Shown: positions 29,584-40,416, counted from the first letter of the stretch. The stretch: DNA of 64,000 bases from an uncultured Candidatus Bathyarchaeia archaeon (GCA_964399485.1 CAYNQS010000002.1:110796-174795); one strand, 5' to 3'. The notes: a model not told the origin generated them from the letters alone. Made by a program: numbers and translations.

Positions 29584-31260
29584 TTGGTGTTGAGGGTTGC
29601 CATGGCGCAAATTAATTCAACTGTGGGCGATTTAGAGGGGAATGTAGCGAAGATACGAAAGTTTCTTGCTGACGCAAAAAAGCGCCAAGCCGATTTGGTT
29701 GTGTTTCCCGAATTGGCTGTTACGGGTTATCCGCCTCAGGATTTGCTGCTTGAGAACGGGTTTGTTGAAAAGAACAAGAGGACACTCGAAGAGATGATCA
29801 GGGGCAACACTGTTGACGTTGCTGGCGTGGTTGGTTTCGTTGACTATAGAGGGAAAGATTTGTTCAATGCCGCAGCCATCTTTAACCGAAATAGGTTAGT
29901 TGGTGTAGTCTACAAGACGCTTCTGCCCACGTATGATGTGTTTGATGAGGACAGGTACTTCAAGCCCTCACGAGAGGAGGAAATTGCGCCGGTGCCGATT
30001 GACGTAGATGGGAAGGCTGTCAGGTTGGGCGTGGAGATTTGCGAGGACCTTTGGGACAGCAGCTATGACGTGAAGGTATCGGATTTGCTGGCTAAGCGGG
30101 GGGCGGAGTTGATTGTTAACATTTCTGCTTCGCCGTTTCTTGTCGGAAAGACTCTTGAACGGAACAGGCTGCTGAAAGAGAAGTCGACAAAGAATGGGGT
30201 GCCCATCTTTTATGTGAATCTTGTTGGGGGGCAGGATGAACTTGTTTTTGACGGAAACAGCATGGCAGTGGACAAGCGGGGCGATCTGATAGCGTTAGGT
30301 AGGCAGTTTGGGGAGGATTTGGTAATTACTGACATTGACTTGGAGAAGGGTACCGCCAAAAGGATTGAGGCTCCTCCACATGATAGGACGCGGGAGATGT
30401 TCGGCGCCATAGTGCTGGGGATACGTGACTACTTCATGAAGGCTGGTTTCGAGAGGGCTGTGGTTGGGATGAGCGGCGGAATCGACTCTTCAGTAACCGC
30501 GTGCATAGCTGTTGAAGCCCTAGGCAAAGAGAATGTTATTGGAGTTTCTATGCCCTCTCGGTTCTCTAGTGACCACAGCAAAGCGGATGCGGAGCAGCTG
30601 GCAGAAAATCTTGGGATATATTTTGTCAGGGTTGGGATACAGGATGTTGTTGACAGTTACCGCAGAACTTTGGAGGAGCCGTTGGAACAGATAAGAGCGC
30701 ATTTTGGTGTAAAAAGGGAGGATGATGATCCTGTTGCCGACGAGAACATTCAGCCCAGAGCCAGAGGAAACATTCTGATGGACATCTCCAACAGGCTGAA
30801 GGACCTGAAAATCTTGGTGCTGAACACCGGAAACAAGACTGAAATTGCGCTTGGCTACTGCACCCTGTACGGGGATATGGCAGGCGGAATCGGAGCGCTC
30901 GGCGACGTAAGCAAGCTTGAAGTCTACAAACTCGCAGAATACATCAACAAGAAAGCAGGCAAACAGGTGATACCACAAAGTGTGCTTAAGAAGAAGCCGT
31001 CGCCAGAACTGAAAGAATGCCAGTTTGACCCCTTCGACTTTGATATAGTCAGCCCGCTGGTTGATGAGATTATAGAGAATCGGAGAAGCAAACAGGACCT
31101 GATCAAGATGGGGTATCCAAGAGAAGCTGTTGAAGACACGTACAGACGAGTAAGAAATTCAGAATATAAACGACGACAGGCAACACCCTGCATAAAAATC
31201 ACCCCCAAAGCCTTCGGCATAGGATGGAAAATGCCCATAATCAACAAATACAAAGGCTAA
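29584..31260 (+). CDS. nadE: Glutamine-dependent NAD+ synthetase
   Basis: Nitrilase domain (FPEL, K, ICEDLW) plus SGGIDS, ENIQ.R.RG, TGNK.E...GYCTLYGD, SPEL, EYKR.Q. Confidence 0.96.
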   Translation: MVLRVAMAQINSTVGDLEGNVAKIRKFLADAKKRQADLVVFPELAVTGYPPQDLLLENGFVEKNKRTLEEMIRGNTVDVAGVVGFVDYRGKDLFNAAAIFNRNRLVGVVYKTLLPTYDVFDEDRYFKPSREEEIAPVPIDVDGKAVRLGVEICEDLWDSSYDVKVSDLLAKRGAELIVNISASPFLVGKTLERNRLLKEKSTKNGVPIFYVNLVGGQDELVFDGNSMAVDKRGDLIALGRQFGEDLVITDIDLEKGTAKRIEAPPHDRTREMFGAIVLGIRDYFMKAGFERAVVGMSGGIDSSVTACIAVEALGKENVIGVSMPSRFSSDHSKADAEQLAENLGIYFVRVGIQDVVDSYRRTLEEPLEQIRAHFGVKREDDDPVADENIQPRARGNILMDISNRLKDLKILVLNTGNKTEIALGYCTLYGDMAGGIGALGDVSKLEVYKLAEYINKKAGKQVIPQSVLKKKPSPELKECQFDPFDFDIVSPLVDEIIENRRSKQDLIKMGYPREAVEDTYRRVRNSEYKRRQATPCIKITPKAFGIGWKMPIINKYKG

Positions 31261-31331
31261 AAAACACAGGGATATCTTCTGAAGATGTTTGTTATGAATT
31301 GTTATGTGGTTTGAATATTACATTTTTGATA

Positions 31332-31356
31332 ACGGCAGCCTCAAAGCTCGCTCAGG
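31332..31356. repeat. 25-bp direct repeat, copy 1 (left of pilin)
   Basis: ACGGCAGCCTcaaAGCTCGCTCAGG. Confidence 0.8.
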
Positions 31357-31396
31357 GGTTATTTAGTGAAAAAAATGGCTAATTGTCTGCGATTTT

Positions 31397-31816
31397 TTAT
31401 GCTGTTGATACATTTGCGCCTATCATTGTGTTATCGATGTCATACAAGCTTACTGCGTACTGGGATCCTGCTTCCACAGCTTGTGTTATTGTAAACGTTT
31501 CAGACATACCCGGAGTTACTGTGTTTGAAGTGCCGGACGACCAAGTAGTTGCATTTTCACCGTTGACCCTTATCCTTACTATGGTAAAATCACTTGTTCC
31601 TGAATTAGTCACTGTTACAGCAATTCTTCCATTAGTAGCATTGCCAATAGTGAAAGCTACATCTGTGATTGTCAGTTCGCTTGTTTCCATGAATCCGATG
31701 GTTAATGACCCCATCCACGCTGCAACTGCGATAGCGACTGCCACCGTTACTGCAATAAGTATGATGGCTGCAACAACTGGACTTAGAGCTTTTTTACTTT
31801 TAAGGAGTTTTTTCAT
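31397..31816 (-). CDS. Archaeal type IV pilin
   Basis: Class III signal peptide KSKKA/LSPVVAAIILIAVTV, small Ig-like C-terminal domain. Confidence 0.9.
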   Translation of the reverse strand: MKKLLKSKKALSPVVAAIILIAVTVAVAIAVAAWMGSLTIGFMETSELTITDVAFTIGNATNGRIAVTVTNSGTSDFTIVRIRVNGENATTWSSGTSNTVTPGMSETFTITQAVEAGSQYAVSLYDIDNTMIGANVSTA

Positions 31817-31951
31817 TTTCAGTTCTTTTCACCCTTTGAGTTCGCTAGGATAATAGGCTGAAATTGGATTTAAATCTTATGACTTAAGACAACATATAAA
31901 AAAGAGTGTTTCAAGCAATTCACCAAAAACAACCATCAAAACTTAACACCG

Positions 31952-31976
31952 ACGGCAGCCTTGGAGCTCGCTCAGG
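31952..31976. repeat. 25-bp direct repeat, copy 2 (right of pilin)
   Basis: ACGGCAGCCTtggAGCTCGCTCAGG; 22/25 identical to copy 1. Confidence 0.8.
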
Positions 31977-31987
31977 ATGTTTTTCAG

Positions 31988-32911
31988 TTATTTTAGTAGT
32001 TTTGTGAGTATTGCTTTTGCTGTGTGTAGTCTGTTTTCGCTTTGGGTGTAGATTACCGAGTTGGGGTCTTCTATTATGTCGTCGGCTATTTCGTAGCCCC
32101 TATGAATAGGCATGTCATGCATTATCAGCGCATCGCTGTCACCCAGAAGCTTCCTGTTAACCTGAAAGGGCAGCATAGTTTTGACCCGCTTCTCCTTCTC
32201 CCTCCTGAACTTGGGATTCAAGAAAAACTCCATGTCCACCCACGTATCAGTGTAGACCACGTCACAGTCCTCAACAGCCGCCTTCACATCCAACGAATGC
32301 TCATACAAGCCCGTGGCCTTCGCCGCCTCCAGCAACTCCTCATCAACCGAAGCCTCGTTCACAACAGGCGTAACAGTCACTATCCTCACCCCCGCCTTAG
32401 TACAGCCCACAATCAACGAGTTACACACATTGTTGTGCACCCCAATATACGCAAGCTTCAGCCCCTTCAGCCGCCCCACCTTCTCCTTGATGGTCACCAA
32501 ATCCGCAAGGACCTGACAAGGATGATACTTCTCGTCACAGCCATTAATCACCGGAACCAGGGAAGCCCCAGCCATAACCCTCAAATCCGAATTCTTCAGC
32601 AACCGAGCCATGATGCCATCAACATACCCCGAAATAGACTGTGTCTCATCCCTCAGATCCGCCAGAACCAGATTCGTGGTCATCCAATCCATATAGATGG
32701 CGTGTCCGCCCAGCTGAGTCATAGCCGCCTCAAAAGAAAGCCTAGTCCGGGTCGAAGTCTTCTGAAAAATCATTGCCAGAGACTTGCCCTCCAAAGCAAA
32801 CACGTAATCCTCCGGATTACTTTTGATTTCCAGCGAACTGTCAATCAGCTCCTTAACCTCTTTCGAGGGCCAGTCCTTAAGAGTAAGCAGATGCATAAGC
32901 GACCTCTCCAC
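31988..32911 (-). CDS. argF: Ornithine carbamoyltransferase
   Basis: STRTRLSFE, HPCQ, YTDTWVDM, MHDMP, QSENR. Confidence 0.9.
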   Translation of the reverse strand: MERSLMHLLTLKDWPSKEVKELIDSSLEIKSNPEDYVFALEGKSLAMIFQKTSTRTRLSFEAAMTQLGGHAIYMDWMTTNLVLADLRDETQSISGYVDGIMARLLKNSDLRVMAGASLVPVINGCDEKYHPCQVLADLVTIKEKVGRLKGLKLAYIGVHNNVCNSLIVGCTKAGVRIVTVTPVVNEASVDEELLEAAKATGLYEHSLDVKAAVEDCDVVYTDTWVDMEFFLNPKFRREKEKRVKTMLPFQVNRKLLGDSDALIMHDMPIHRGYEIADDIIEDPNSVIYTQSENRLHTAKAILTKLLK

Positions 32912-33104
32912 AATGTCTCCGCAGATACTTCACGTTAGACTGTTATATAAATTATCAAAAGAAGGGAGATGCAGGTTAGAAGCGTAAACTTCAGATTCCG
33001 AAGCAAAATTTGAATATTACGGATTTTGATATGTGTCCCTGCCGAAATACTGTATTAAATATTGCGACACCCTACATAAAGGAGCACCTTCAGGAGACAG
33101 AACT

Positions 33105-33731
33105 ATGGGCCAAAGAGGAGTAATCGTCTGGATTTTCAGCAGCCTAAGCTTTCTGGCAGCCATACACGCACTAGAAGCAGCTTTAGCACTATTCTTCAAC
33201 ACAGACGTCATCCTGCTGAAATCATACCCAATAATCAACACCCTAAACCCTAACCCCGCCACCTACCTCTTGGCGAGCACAGCAGTAACCATACTCATGT
33301 GGGGAATAACCTGCAAAGTGGCTGTCGAGACCCCTGTAGAAAGATTCTTGAACAGAATGCTTTCAGACGCACAAAGACAATCCGAAATCGAGTGCGAAAT
33401 GGTGGAAGACAACCGATCAGTGTTGGATATGATGTGCGAAACCATAAGCGAAAACAACAAGGTGCTCGCCCAAACCAGAGACGTCACCTTCAACGTAAGA
33501 TCCGAACTTGTTAACCTCCGTTCCCTGCCAGAAGAAACCGAGAGGCTGAGCAAAGAAGTTGAGGGACTGAAAAAAGAACTGAAGAAACTCAAAGAAAACT
33601 TCAAAAAACCGAACCTCTGCCCATCCTGCGGCAACACCGTGCTTCCAAGATTCAAGGTATGCCCATACTGCGGCGAAAACCTGCATATAACGCCGGAAAA
33701 AGCAGTGAAGATGCTGCAAGTCTACAAGTGA
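33105..33731 (+). CDS. Membrane protein, 2 TM + coiled coil + C-terminal double zinc ribbon
   Basis: Two TMs, heptad region, CPSCG...CPYCG. Confidence 0.75.
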   Translation: MGQRGVIVWIFSSLSFLAAIHALEAALALFFNTDVILLKSYPIINTLNPNPATYLLASTAVTILMWGITCKVAVETPVERFLNRMLSDAQRQSEIECEMVEDNRSVLDMMCETISENNKVLAQTRDVTFNVRSELVNLRSLPEETERLSKEVEGLKKELKKLKENFKKPNLCPSCGNTVLPRFKVCPYCGENLHITPEKAVKMLQVYK

Positions 33732-33892
33732 AAAACGCTTCGCAACTCAGATGTTCTCATCCACACAAACTACGCTCCGAACCCTCCAGAAAATCTACTG
33801 AAACAAGAGAGAATTAAAATACTCCACAAACATTTATAATAAACTTCCAAAACCAAAACAATAACCAAGCACCCGCATAAGAGAGGAAAAAA

Positions 33893-34960
33893 GTGAAAGC
33901 AGCCCGAAACCTGAAAGCCATCTCAAAGATTCTCCTCATCCTTCTATTACTTCTAGCCATGATAATCGGCTCCATATTCTCCTACCTCCTGTTGGCAGGC
34001 TACTACATGAACCTCGACATCAAAGTCCCAGAAAACACCACACTCTCAGTAGTTGACATCGACCTAAACATGCAAAACGCGGAAACATTCAACATAACCA
34101 TCCTCAACCCAACCTACTCCACCACAGAAGCAAAAATCACAGAAATTTCGGTTGCAACAGAAGACGATGAAATCCACCCCATTTCAACTGTGAATCCCGA
34201 ACTGCCCTACGAACTGGATAAGGGGCAAGAGGAAACCTTCGTTTGTGATTGGAACTGGGGAGATTATGCTGGCGAAACCCTCAAAGTCATAATCGTGGCT
34301 GAAGAAGGGTCAGGCGCAGTTTACGAAATTGAGACAGCCTCAGTGGGGCTTGAAATCTCACCCGTCATTTTCACCACAACTGACACCCAGCACTTCAACG
34401 TAACCATAAAGAACCCCGCAGCTTCTGCCAGCGACCTTAACGTCACCAAGATAACTGTGACCATGGAGAACGGAACAGACGTTAACATACGCGAAATAAC
34501 CCCATTAATTCCAGTAACACTTCTCACCGGCACATCCACAACCTTTGTATGCTCATGGGACTGGACATACTATCGGGGAATGAACGCCACAATCAACGTG
34601 TACACATCACAAGGCTACGAATTCCATCGAACCGAAACCACACCTAAAGCAGTGCAATTATCGATTACAGACGCCGCCTTCGACTCCTCCGCTCTGTCAA
34701 GCTTCAGCATTACCGTTAAAAACTCTGAAAACTCGCTTGCTGCAGCCAACCTCACAGTTGTTGAGATAAGGTTTGGAGACTACACAACTGAAGAAGTGTC
34801 CGTGGAATCGCCGTCAGAGCTACCGTACACACTTCCAATAGGCGAAACGGTCACATTGAAGTGCCTGTGGGATTGGTCAGATTACCGAGGAGAAACTGTT
34901 GGAATTTACGTTAAGACTCCAGAAGGATACCTCGGCTACATACAGCAGACATTACCGTAG
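33893..34960 (+). CDS. Prepilin-like surface protein with three tandem Ig-like repeats
   Basis: LKA/ISKILL class III-like leader; three C-x-W-(D/N)-W-x2-Y-x-G repeats. Confidence 0.7.
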   Translation: MKAARNLKAISKILLILLLLLAMIIGSIFSYLLLAGYYMNLDIKVPENTTLSVVDIDLNMQNAETFNITILNPTYSTTEAKITEISVATEDDEIHPISTVNPELPYELDKGQEETFVCDWNWGDYAGETLKVIIVAEEGSGAVYEIETASVGLEISPVIFTTTDTQHFNVTIKNPAASASDLNVTKITVTMENGTDVNIREITPLIPVTLLTGTSTTFVCSWDWTYYRGMNATINVYTSQGYEFHRTETTPKAVQLSITDAAFDSSALSSFSITVKNSENSLAAANLTVVEIRFGDYTTEEVSVESPSELPYTLPIGETVTLKCLWDWSDYRGETVGIYVKTPEGYLGYIQQTLP

Positions 34961-35034
34961 AAACACCCTAAACTCCGTTATATTCACAAAGCAAAAAATG
35001 GGTAGACGCCTTAAACACTATTCACTCACAGGTT

Positions 35035-35925
35035 CTATCGGATGGGCGTCCCCTCATTCGGGTCCTTAAGAGCCTTCAGGAACTCCTGCATTATCCGCTT
35101 CGTAAGTGGACCCTGCTTTCCAGCTCCTATCACTCGCCCGTTCACGTCATGTATAGGCGCCACTTCTGCAGCGGTTCCGGTGAAAAACGCCTCGTCGGCA
35201 GTGAACAGTTCGTTGGGGGTGATGTTTCTCTCTATAACCTCAATTCCCATCTTCTTAGCCAATTTGATAACAAATGTTCTCGTTATCCCGTCTAACGCAC
35301 CCGAAGAAAGCGGCGGAGTCAAAAGTTTGCCGTCCTTCACTATGAAAATGTTTTCGCCGACACCTTCACAGACAAACCCTGTTTTGTCAAGACAAATGGC
35401 TTCATCCACGCCGCTGTTGTTCGCCTCGATTTTACCCAATATGCTGTTTAGGTAATTAAGGGACTTTAGTTCATGAGTTGCGGCATCCACAGAATTTCGT
35501 CTCACCCAAGTTATAACTGTGCTTATCCCCTTCTCAAGCTTCTCAGGCGAATGCAACACAAGTGTGGGTTCAGTGATTATGATGACTGTGGGTTTGGGGC
35601 ATTTTCTGGGGTCAAGCCCCAAGTCTCCGATGCCTCTGGTGACCACTAAGCGGATGTAGGCGTCTGTTAGATTGTTCTTTCTGAGGGTCTCCAGCAGGGC
35701 TTCAGTAAGCTCAGCTTTGGTTAGGGGTATCTTCAGAAAGATTGGGTGAGCAGACCTGTACAGCCTGTCTATGTGCTCTTTCAGTTTGAAGACTATGCCA
35801 TTGTAGGCTCGGATTCCCTCAAACACCCCGTCTCCATACAGGAGACCATGATCATACACAGAGACTTTAGCCTCAGATTTAGGACAAAACTTGCTATCGA
35901 TGTAAACAAGAAGCTCTTTAGGCAT
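35035..35925 (-). CDS. ilvE: Branched-chain amino acid aminotransferase
   Basis: [40 protein letters not shown]; likely start MPKE. Confidence 0.95.
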   Translation of the reverse strand: MPKELLVYIDSKFCPKSEAKVSVYDHGLLYGDGVFEGIRAYNGIVFKLKEHIDRLYRSAHPIFLKIPLTKAELTEALLETLRKNNLTDAYIRLVVTRGIGDLGLDPRKCPKPTVIIITEPTLVLHSPEKLEKGISTVITWVRRNSVDAATHELKSLNYLNSILGKIEANNSGVDEAICLDKTGFVCEGVGENIFIVKDGKLLTPPLSSGALDGITRTFVIKLAKKMGIEVIERNITPNELFTADEAFFTGTAAEVAPIHDVNGRVIGAGKQGPLTKRIMQEFLKALKDPNEGTPIR

Positions 35926-36016
35926 ACCAAAACACTTCTCCAAACGTGAAACTTCAACCATAAACTATCGATTATCTATTTAAATTTTGACTTTTATTGC
36001 TATTCCCTGATGCTTA

Positions 36017-37471
36017 TCAGCGTTTACTTGTTTTTTTGGTACTTGGTCCAAAGGGGCAACTGGGGTCTTCTGCCAACCAGTCGCCTTTGATTGCGTAGGC
36101 TGTGTAGCGGCATCCACCGCATAACGAATTATAGGCACATCTACCGCATGCACCCTTAAGATCGCCCCTGCAACGCATATAATTGAGCAGCCTGTTGTTG
36201 ACCCAGATGTCTTCCAGATCTTCTTTCAGGAGATTGCCGAGCTTTATGGGTGCTGGAACACAGGGAATTAGGTCGCCGCTCGCTGTCAGTCCAGCGTAGG
36301 TGATTCCAGCTGAGCAGCCCCCAAACCCAGCAGCATACTTCCTGACTATCTCAGCAACACCATCGCCGAATTTTTCTCGCCACATCCTACCGTAACCGGA
36401 TAAAGCCTCGCTGACAGTGAAAACCTTGCCTTCTGACCGTTCGAAACCCAGTCTGCCATAGTAGGTCATGCCCCGGGCGTAACATTGAATGCCTTCACCG
36501 TGCGCCACGCTATCGCAGAACTTCTGGTGAATGTACTCAAGGGCATCTATCTTCTGCTCTCTGGTGACATCAAGGTCAATCGCCTCTTTTCCTCTACCCG
36601 CTGGGATAAGCCTGTTCAGGTAGAATCTGTTGACGCCCAGTTTCTCCGCCAACTCAACTACGCCCTGCAACTCATCAACGTTCTTTTTGTTCAGCGTCAT
36701 TGTTGCGCATATCTCATCGAACCCTGCCTCGGCACAGTTTCTGATTCCCTGTATAGTAGCCTCAAAGGCGCCGGGCGTGTTCCTGAGGAAGTCATGGGTC
36801 TCCGCGGTACATCCGTCAAGACCGATCTCAACACGCCTAATACCTACACTCTTCAGCTTATTGACGACTTGTTTGGTCATCAATATGCCGTTTGAGGCTA
36901 TGGTGCAAAGCATTCCAGCATCCACTGCAGCCTCTATGGCAGTATAAATGTCTGAACGGACAAGAGGTTCGCCGCCTGAGAAAGTGAGAATAGAGATTCC
37001 AGCGGCTTCAAGTTTTTTGATTACCTGAAGCGCTTCTTCGGTTGTTAGCTCCCCCTCCTCGGCTTCGCCTGAGTTCTGGTGGCAGTGGCGGCAATAGAGG
37101 TTGCACCGATTCGTGAAGTTCCACACGATGACAACTGGAACGGCTGTGGGCTGGGGGGTGCGTAAACCGAAGTGGCTTATGCCGCGAACAACATTTAGCA
37201 TGCTCTTGCGGATGAGGGGATCAGACAGTAGCTTCTTCACTTCTGCCTCTGTCAGATTCGTCTTGCTGAACAACCGTTTAATCAACGGACGGGCTAACCG
37301 AAAAGCAGTGCTGCAGCCTTTGCAGTTGGGTTTGTCGCCTGAAATGTAGGCTTCGAAGACGGAGTAGAGTCTAGGCTGGTTGCATCTTTCGCATTGCTCA
37401 ACAAGCTGTTTAGCCACGCCCTTCCAGACCGGATTCAGCTTTGAAGCGAACTGAAGCTTTTTCGGGAACAA
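36017..37471 (-). CDS. Radical SAM/SPASM-domain protein
   Basis: CNLYCRHC, SGGEP, SPASM cysteines GCSAG..PC..CGRC...CGGCR..DPSC. Confidence 0.9.
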   Translation of the reverse strand: MFPKKLQFASKLNPVWKGVAKQLVEQCERCNQPRLYSVFEAYISGDKPNCKGCSTAFRLARPLIKRLFSKTNLTEAEVKKLLSDPLIRKSMLNVVRGISHFGLRTPQPTAVPVVIVWNFTNRCNLYCRHCHQNSGEAEEGELTTEEALQVIKKLEAAGISILTFSGGEPLVRSDIYTAIEAAVDAGMLCTIASNGILMTKQVVNKLKSVGIRRVEIGLDGCTAETHDFLRNTPGAFEATIQGIRNCAEAGFDEICATMTLNKKNVDELQGVVELAEKLGVNRFYLNRLIPAGRGKEAIDLDVTREQKIDALEYIHQKFCDSVAHGEGIQCYARGMTYYGRLGFERSEGKVFTVSEALSGYGRMWREKFGDGVAEIVRKYAAGFGGCSAGITYAGLTASGDLIPCVPAPIKLGNLLKEDLEDIWVNNRLLNYMRCRGDLKGACGRCAYNSLCGGCRYTAYAIKGDWLAEDPSCPFGPSTKKTSKR

Positions 37472-37599
37472 TTCAAAAACCCAACTTCGCTTTTGTCGCC
37501 TGTTAGATTGCAGAGGAAGCTAATTAACTGTTTGGCGTTGCTTGGATGCCTGATCCTGAATACGAGTTTATTCAAAGCTTAGCAGAGTGCAACTGTGGT

Positions 37600-39483
37600 T
37601 TAAAAGGCGAATTGTGGTCTTTTGGATAGCAACTTTGGTAAGGTTAGAGGTTTGAAGGGTTTGTCTCCTGTTTCTGCTTTTATTTCGTTTACTAGTTCTT
37701 GGAGTTTCATGTTTCGGGCTTTCTTTCCAGCTTTCCTGTCTCGCACCGGCAGAACATCCGAGCTCAATTCTTTCTCACCAATAACAATAACGTAGTTTAT
37801 CCATTCTTTCTCGGCTGCTCTGACTTTTTTGCCTAAGCTTAGGGGTCTGTCGTCCACGTCAACCCGTATGCTGCTGCTTTCGATCTGTATCATCAGTTTT
37901 TCAGCTTCATCCAAGAACCGTTCCGAAACAGGAACTATCCTCACCTGAGTAGGAGCCAACCACAGCGGAAATATCGGAGCTTCTCCCTTCAAGGAGTCTC
38001 TGTGAGCCTTCTCCAGCAAAGCATACACATCTCGCTCGATGGCGCCGCTTGGGCTACAGTGGAGAACCAGCGGATACTGTTTTTCGCCTTTTTCGTCAAT
38101 GTAGGTCATATCGTAGTGTTTGGCGTTCTCTATGTCAATCTGGTCGGTAGAGAGGGCAGAAGCTTTGTTCAGGTTGTCAACGAAATTGAATTCCCACTTC
38201 AAAACAAAATAGAAGAATCGCTCCTCCCACATCTCCACCAGAACAGGCTTACCGAACAGCTTCACCAAAGAAAGAACGAAATCCTTGTTCTCCTCATAGA
38301 AGTCCTTCGTTACCCTGATCGCCAACTCGTAATCGGATTCCTTGCTCAGCTCCAAGCCGTTCTCCAGAATCCCCATGGAAAGCTTGAACCTGACCAGAAA
38401 CTCCTCCTTCGCCTGATCCAAGTCAGCAACCAAAGCGTGGCAGTCGGGCATGGTGAAGCCCCTGAGCCTCCGTAAGCCAGTTAATTCGCCGCTCTTCTCC
38501 CTTCTGAAGGAATACTTGGTCAACTCGTAGATTCGCAGGGGAAGCTGACGATAACTGAACTGGGCATCATGGACCATAAGAAACTGGCCGAAGCAGGCGC
38601 TGAATCTCAAAAAGAAGTCCCGCTTATCAGAGCACAGCAGATACTGTCTGGCAGGAAAACGTTGAAGATAATGTGCAATGGCTGGATGCTGAATGTCATA
38701 CATGATTGGAGTTTCAACTTCCATTGCGCCATAATCTATAACCTTCTCGTTCACGTATCGCTCAATCAGCGATTTAATCAAACGCCCCTTAGGGTACCAT
38801 CGGAGGTTGCCCGGGTCGCTTCCAGGCTCATAATCGGCTATCTCCAGCCGTTTCATCAATGGCACATGAGGCGGAACCTGATGAACAGCGCGGACCTTCT
38901 TGATTTCATACTTGCATAGTCTCTCCAAGCTTTTGCATCCTTTGAAGTGGAATTCTTCTACTGGAATCATTTCTCCATCGGGCTGCAGAATATACCAGAA
39001 TGATTTGAGCTTCTCCTCCGCCTTCAAGGCTTCGCAGACAGCCTCTTCCTCAACCGATTCAGAGGATACAATTCTGAGGTGCTCGGCTAAAGGATGACCC
39101 TTAATAGAAACCGAGAATTTTTTGCACCAGCCAAAGGGAGTCCGGTATGTTTCGAATCCTAATTCTTTGCCGATTTTTTCCATTTCTTTGATGACCTTCA
39201 GGGCGTCGGCTGGTTTCGCCAAGTTGTTACTTAGATGCGCGTAGGGATAGATCAGAATTCGGTTAACCTTCAACTTGTCGAGGGACGCCTTTGTGTTTTC
39301 CATCGCTTTCCTGGCGATGTCTGCGGTGTCTCCCTCTTCGACTGCGGTGAATAGTACAGCGAGTTCTTCGAGGCGATCCTTTTTTTTCTCAGGTTCCTCA
39401 GCTAACGCTATCTCCTTCTCCACAACCTCGTACTCTATGAAGTTCGAATGCAACTGTAGAATTCTCAGCCCTTGAACCTCCAT
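37600..39483 (-). CDS. thrS: Threonyl-tRNA synthetase, archaeal type (probable CTG start at 39468)
   Basis: RILQLH, YPYAHLS editing domain, PFGW.K, LRFSACFG, FRRE..GE, MPD.H, HCSPSG.IER. Confidence 0.97.
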   Translation of the reverse strand: MEVQGLRILQLHSNFIEYEVVEKEIALAEEPEKKKDRLEELAVLFTAVEEGDTADIARKAMENTKASLDKLKVNRILIYPYAHLSNNLAKPADALKVIKEMEKIGKELGFETYRTPFGWCKKFSVSIKGHPLAEHLRIVSSESVEEEAVCEALKAEEKLKSFWYILQPDGEMIPVEEFHFKGCKSLERLCKYEIKKVRAVHQVPPHVPLMKRLEIADYEPGSDPGNLRWYPKGRLIKSLIERYVNEKVIDYGAMEVETPIMYDIQHPAIAHYLQRFPARQYLLCSDKRDFFLRFSACFGQFLMVHDAQFSYRQLPLRIYELTKYSFRREKSGELTGLRRLRGFTMPDCHALVADLDQAKEEFLVRFKLSMGILENGLELSKESDYELAIRVTKDFYEENKDFVLSLVKLFGKPVLVEMWEERFFYFVLKWEFNFVDNLNKASALSTDQIDIENAKHYDMTYIDEKGEKQYPLVLHCSPSGAIERDVYALLEKAHRDSLKGEAPIFPLWLAPTQVRIVPVSERFLDEAEKLMIQIESSSIRVDVDDRPLSLGKKVRAAEKEWINYVIVIGEKELSSDVLPVRDRKAGKKARNMKLQELVNEIKAETGDKPFKPLTLPKLLSKRPQFAF

Positions 39484-39671
39484 TGCTCAAGCATCTTATC
39501 TTTTTTGGAGCCCTTCTTGTATTCTTTGTAGTGAAGCCTGCAGAGGTAGGAGCGCCTAGCTCCATCAACTTTCAGTCCCGCGGCGCTCACCTTATCTCGA
39601 GAGAGGGAGCGAACCGCATCTCTGTCACAGCCTACCACACTGCATTTAACGCCCTTAGCAACCCGACCCAA
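39465..39671 (-). CDS. Small Zn-binding protein upstream of thrS
   Basis: CSVVGC...YLC..HYK; stop overlaps the thrS start. Confidence 0.8.
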   Translation of the reverse strand: MGRVAKGVKCSVVGCDRDAVRSLSRDKVSAAGLKVDGARRSYLCRLHYKEYKKGSKKDKMLEQWRFKG

Positions 39672-39925
39672 AGCACATCACCGACTCTTAACGTATACAC
39701 TTGACTTTATCGCATATTAAAACCGCACTCATTTAATTCTTTTGAATTAAGCCTAAATCTGACGGCAACATGAAAAGGGTTCACTGAGGCTCCCTCCCCA
39801 CGAGCATAATAACTGTTAACTCGTAAAAAACGTAAGGTATATGAACCGTTTCCGGTGATACTTAATAATAATCAAGCAGTTCTTCAAGGACATCTGGATT
39901 CCAATTAGCTTCTTCTGGTTCTACA

Positions 39926-40231
39926 TCAACTATCAAGCCTGTTGTCTTTGATTTCATGCATAGCTTCTGCTTGTTCCTTCTCCATTTTGATTAACAGCTC
40001 TAATGCCTCTTCAAAGGGCAATGCAGAAAACATGTAACGGTCTTTAGAAACTAATCCTTTGGTCTGTAGAGTCCTTAGGCTAGTATAGATTTTATGTTTG
40101 CTAATATTCATGTCTCTTGCTAATGTCACTACTTTGTTTGGTCCTTTCTTAGCTAAGTAAATGTATACTTCAGCATCAACTCTTGAAAGCCCAAGACCAA
40201 TGAGGGCTGTTATCACTCTTTCCAGACTCAT
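39926..40231 (-). CDS. TrmB-family HTH protein (HTH only)
   Basis: L..LGLS..DAEVYIYLAKKGP...IY.SL..L..KGLV. Confidence 0.85.
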   Translation of the reverse strand: MSLERVITALIGLGLSRVDAEVYIYLAKKGPNKVVTLARDMNISKHKIYTSLRTLQTKGLVSKDRYMFSALPFEEALELLIKMEKEQAEAMHEIKDNRLDS

Positions 40232-40416
40232 GTTTTTTCACATCGTTGTTTCTTTTTAAAAAATGAAAGAAACTAGTGGGACTGCACTTAGTTCTTTGAT
40301 TTCAATTTAACTTTTTGGACATCATTTCGCCTTAGCGCTCGCATGTTTCTGTTCAAGGATGCATCAAAAAAGATGGAGATTGAACGGTTGATCCTATGCT
40401 TCTATGCTTTCTTTAC

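Noticed and set aside
32042..32938. 298-aa + strand ORF
   Set aside because: Antisense shadow of argF with no motifs
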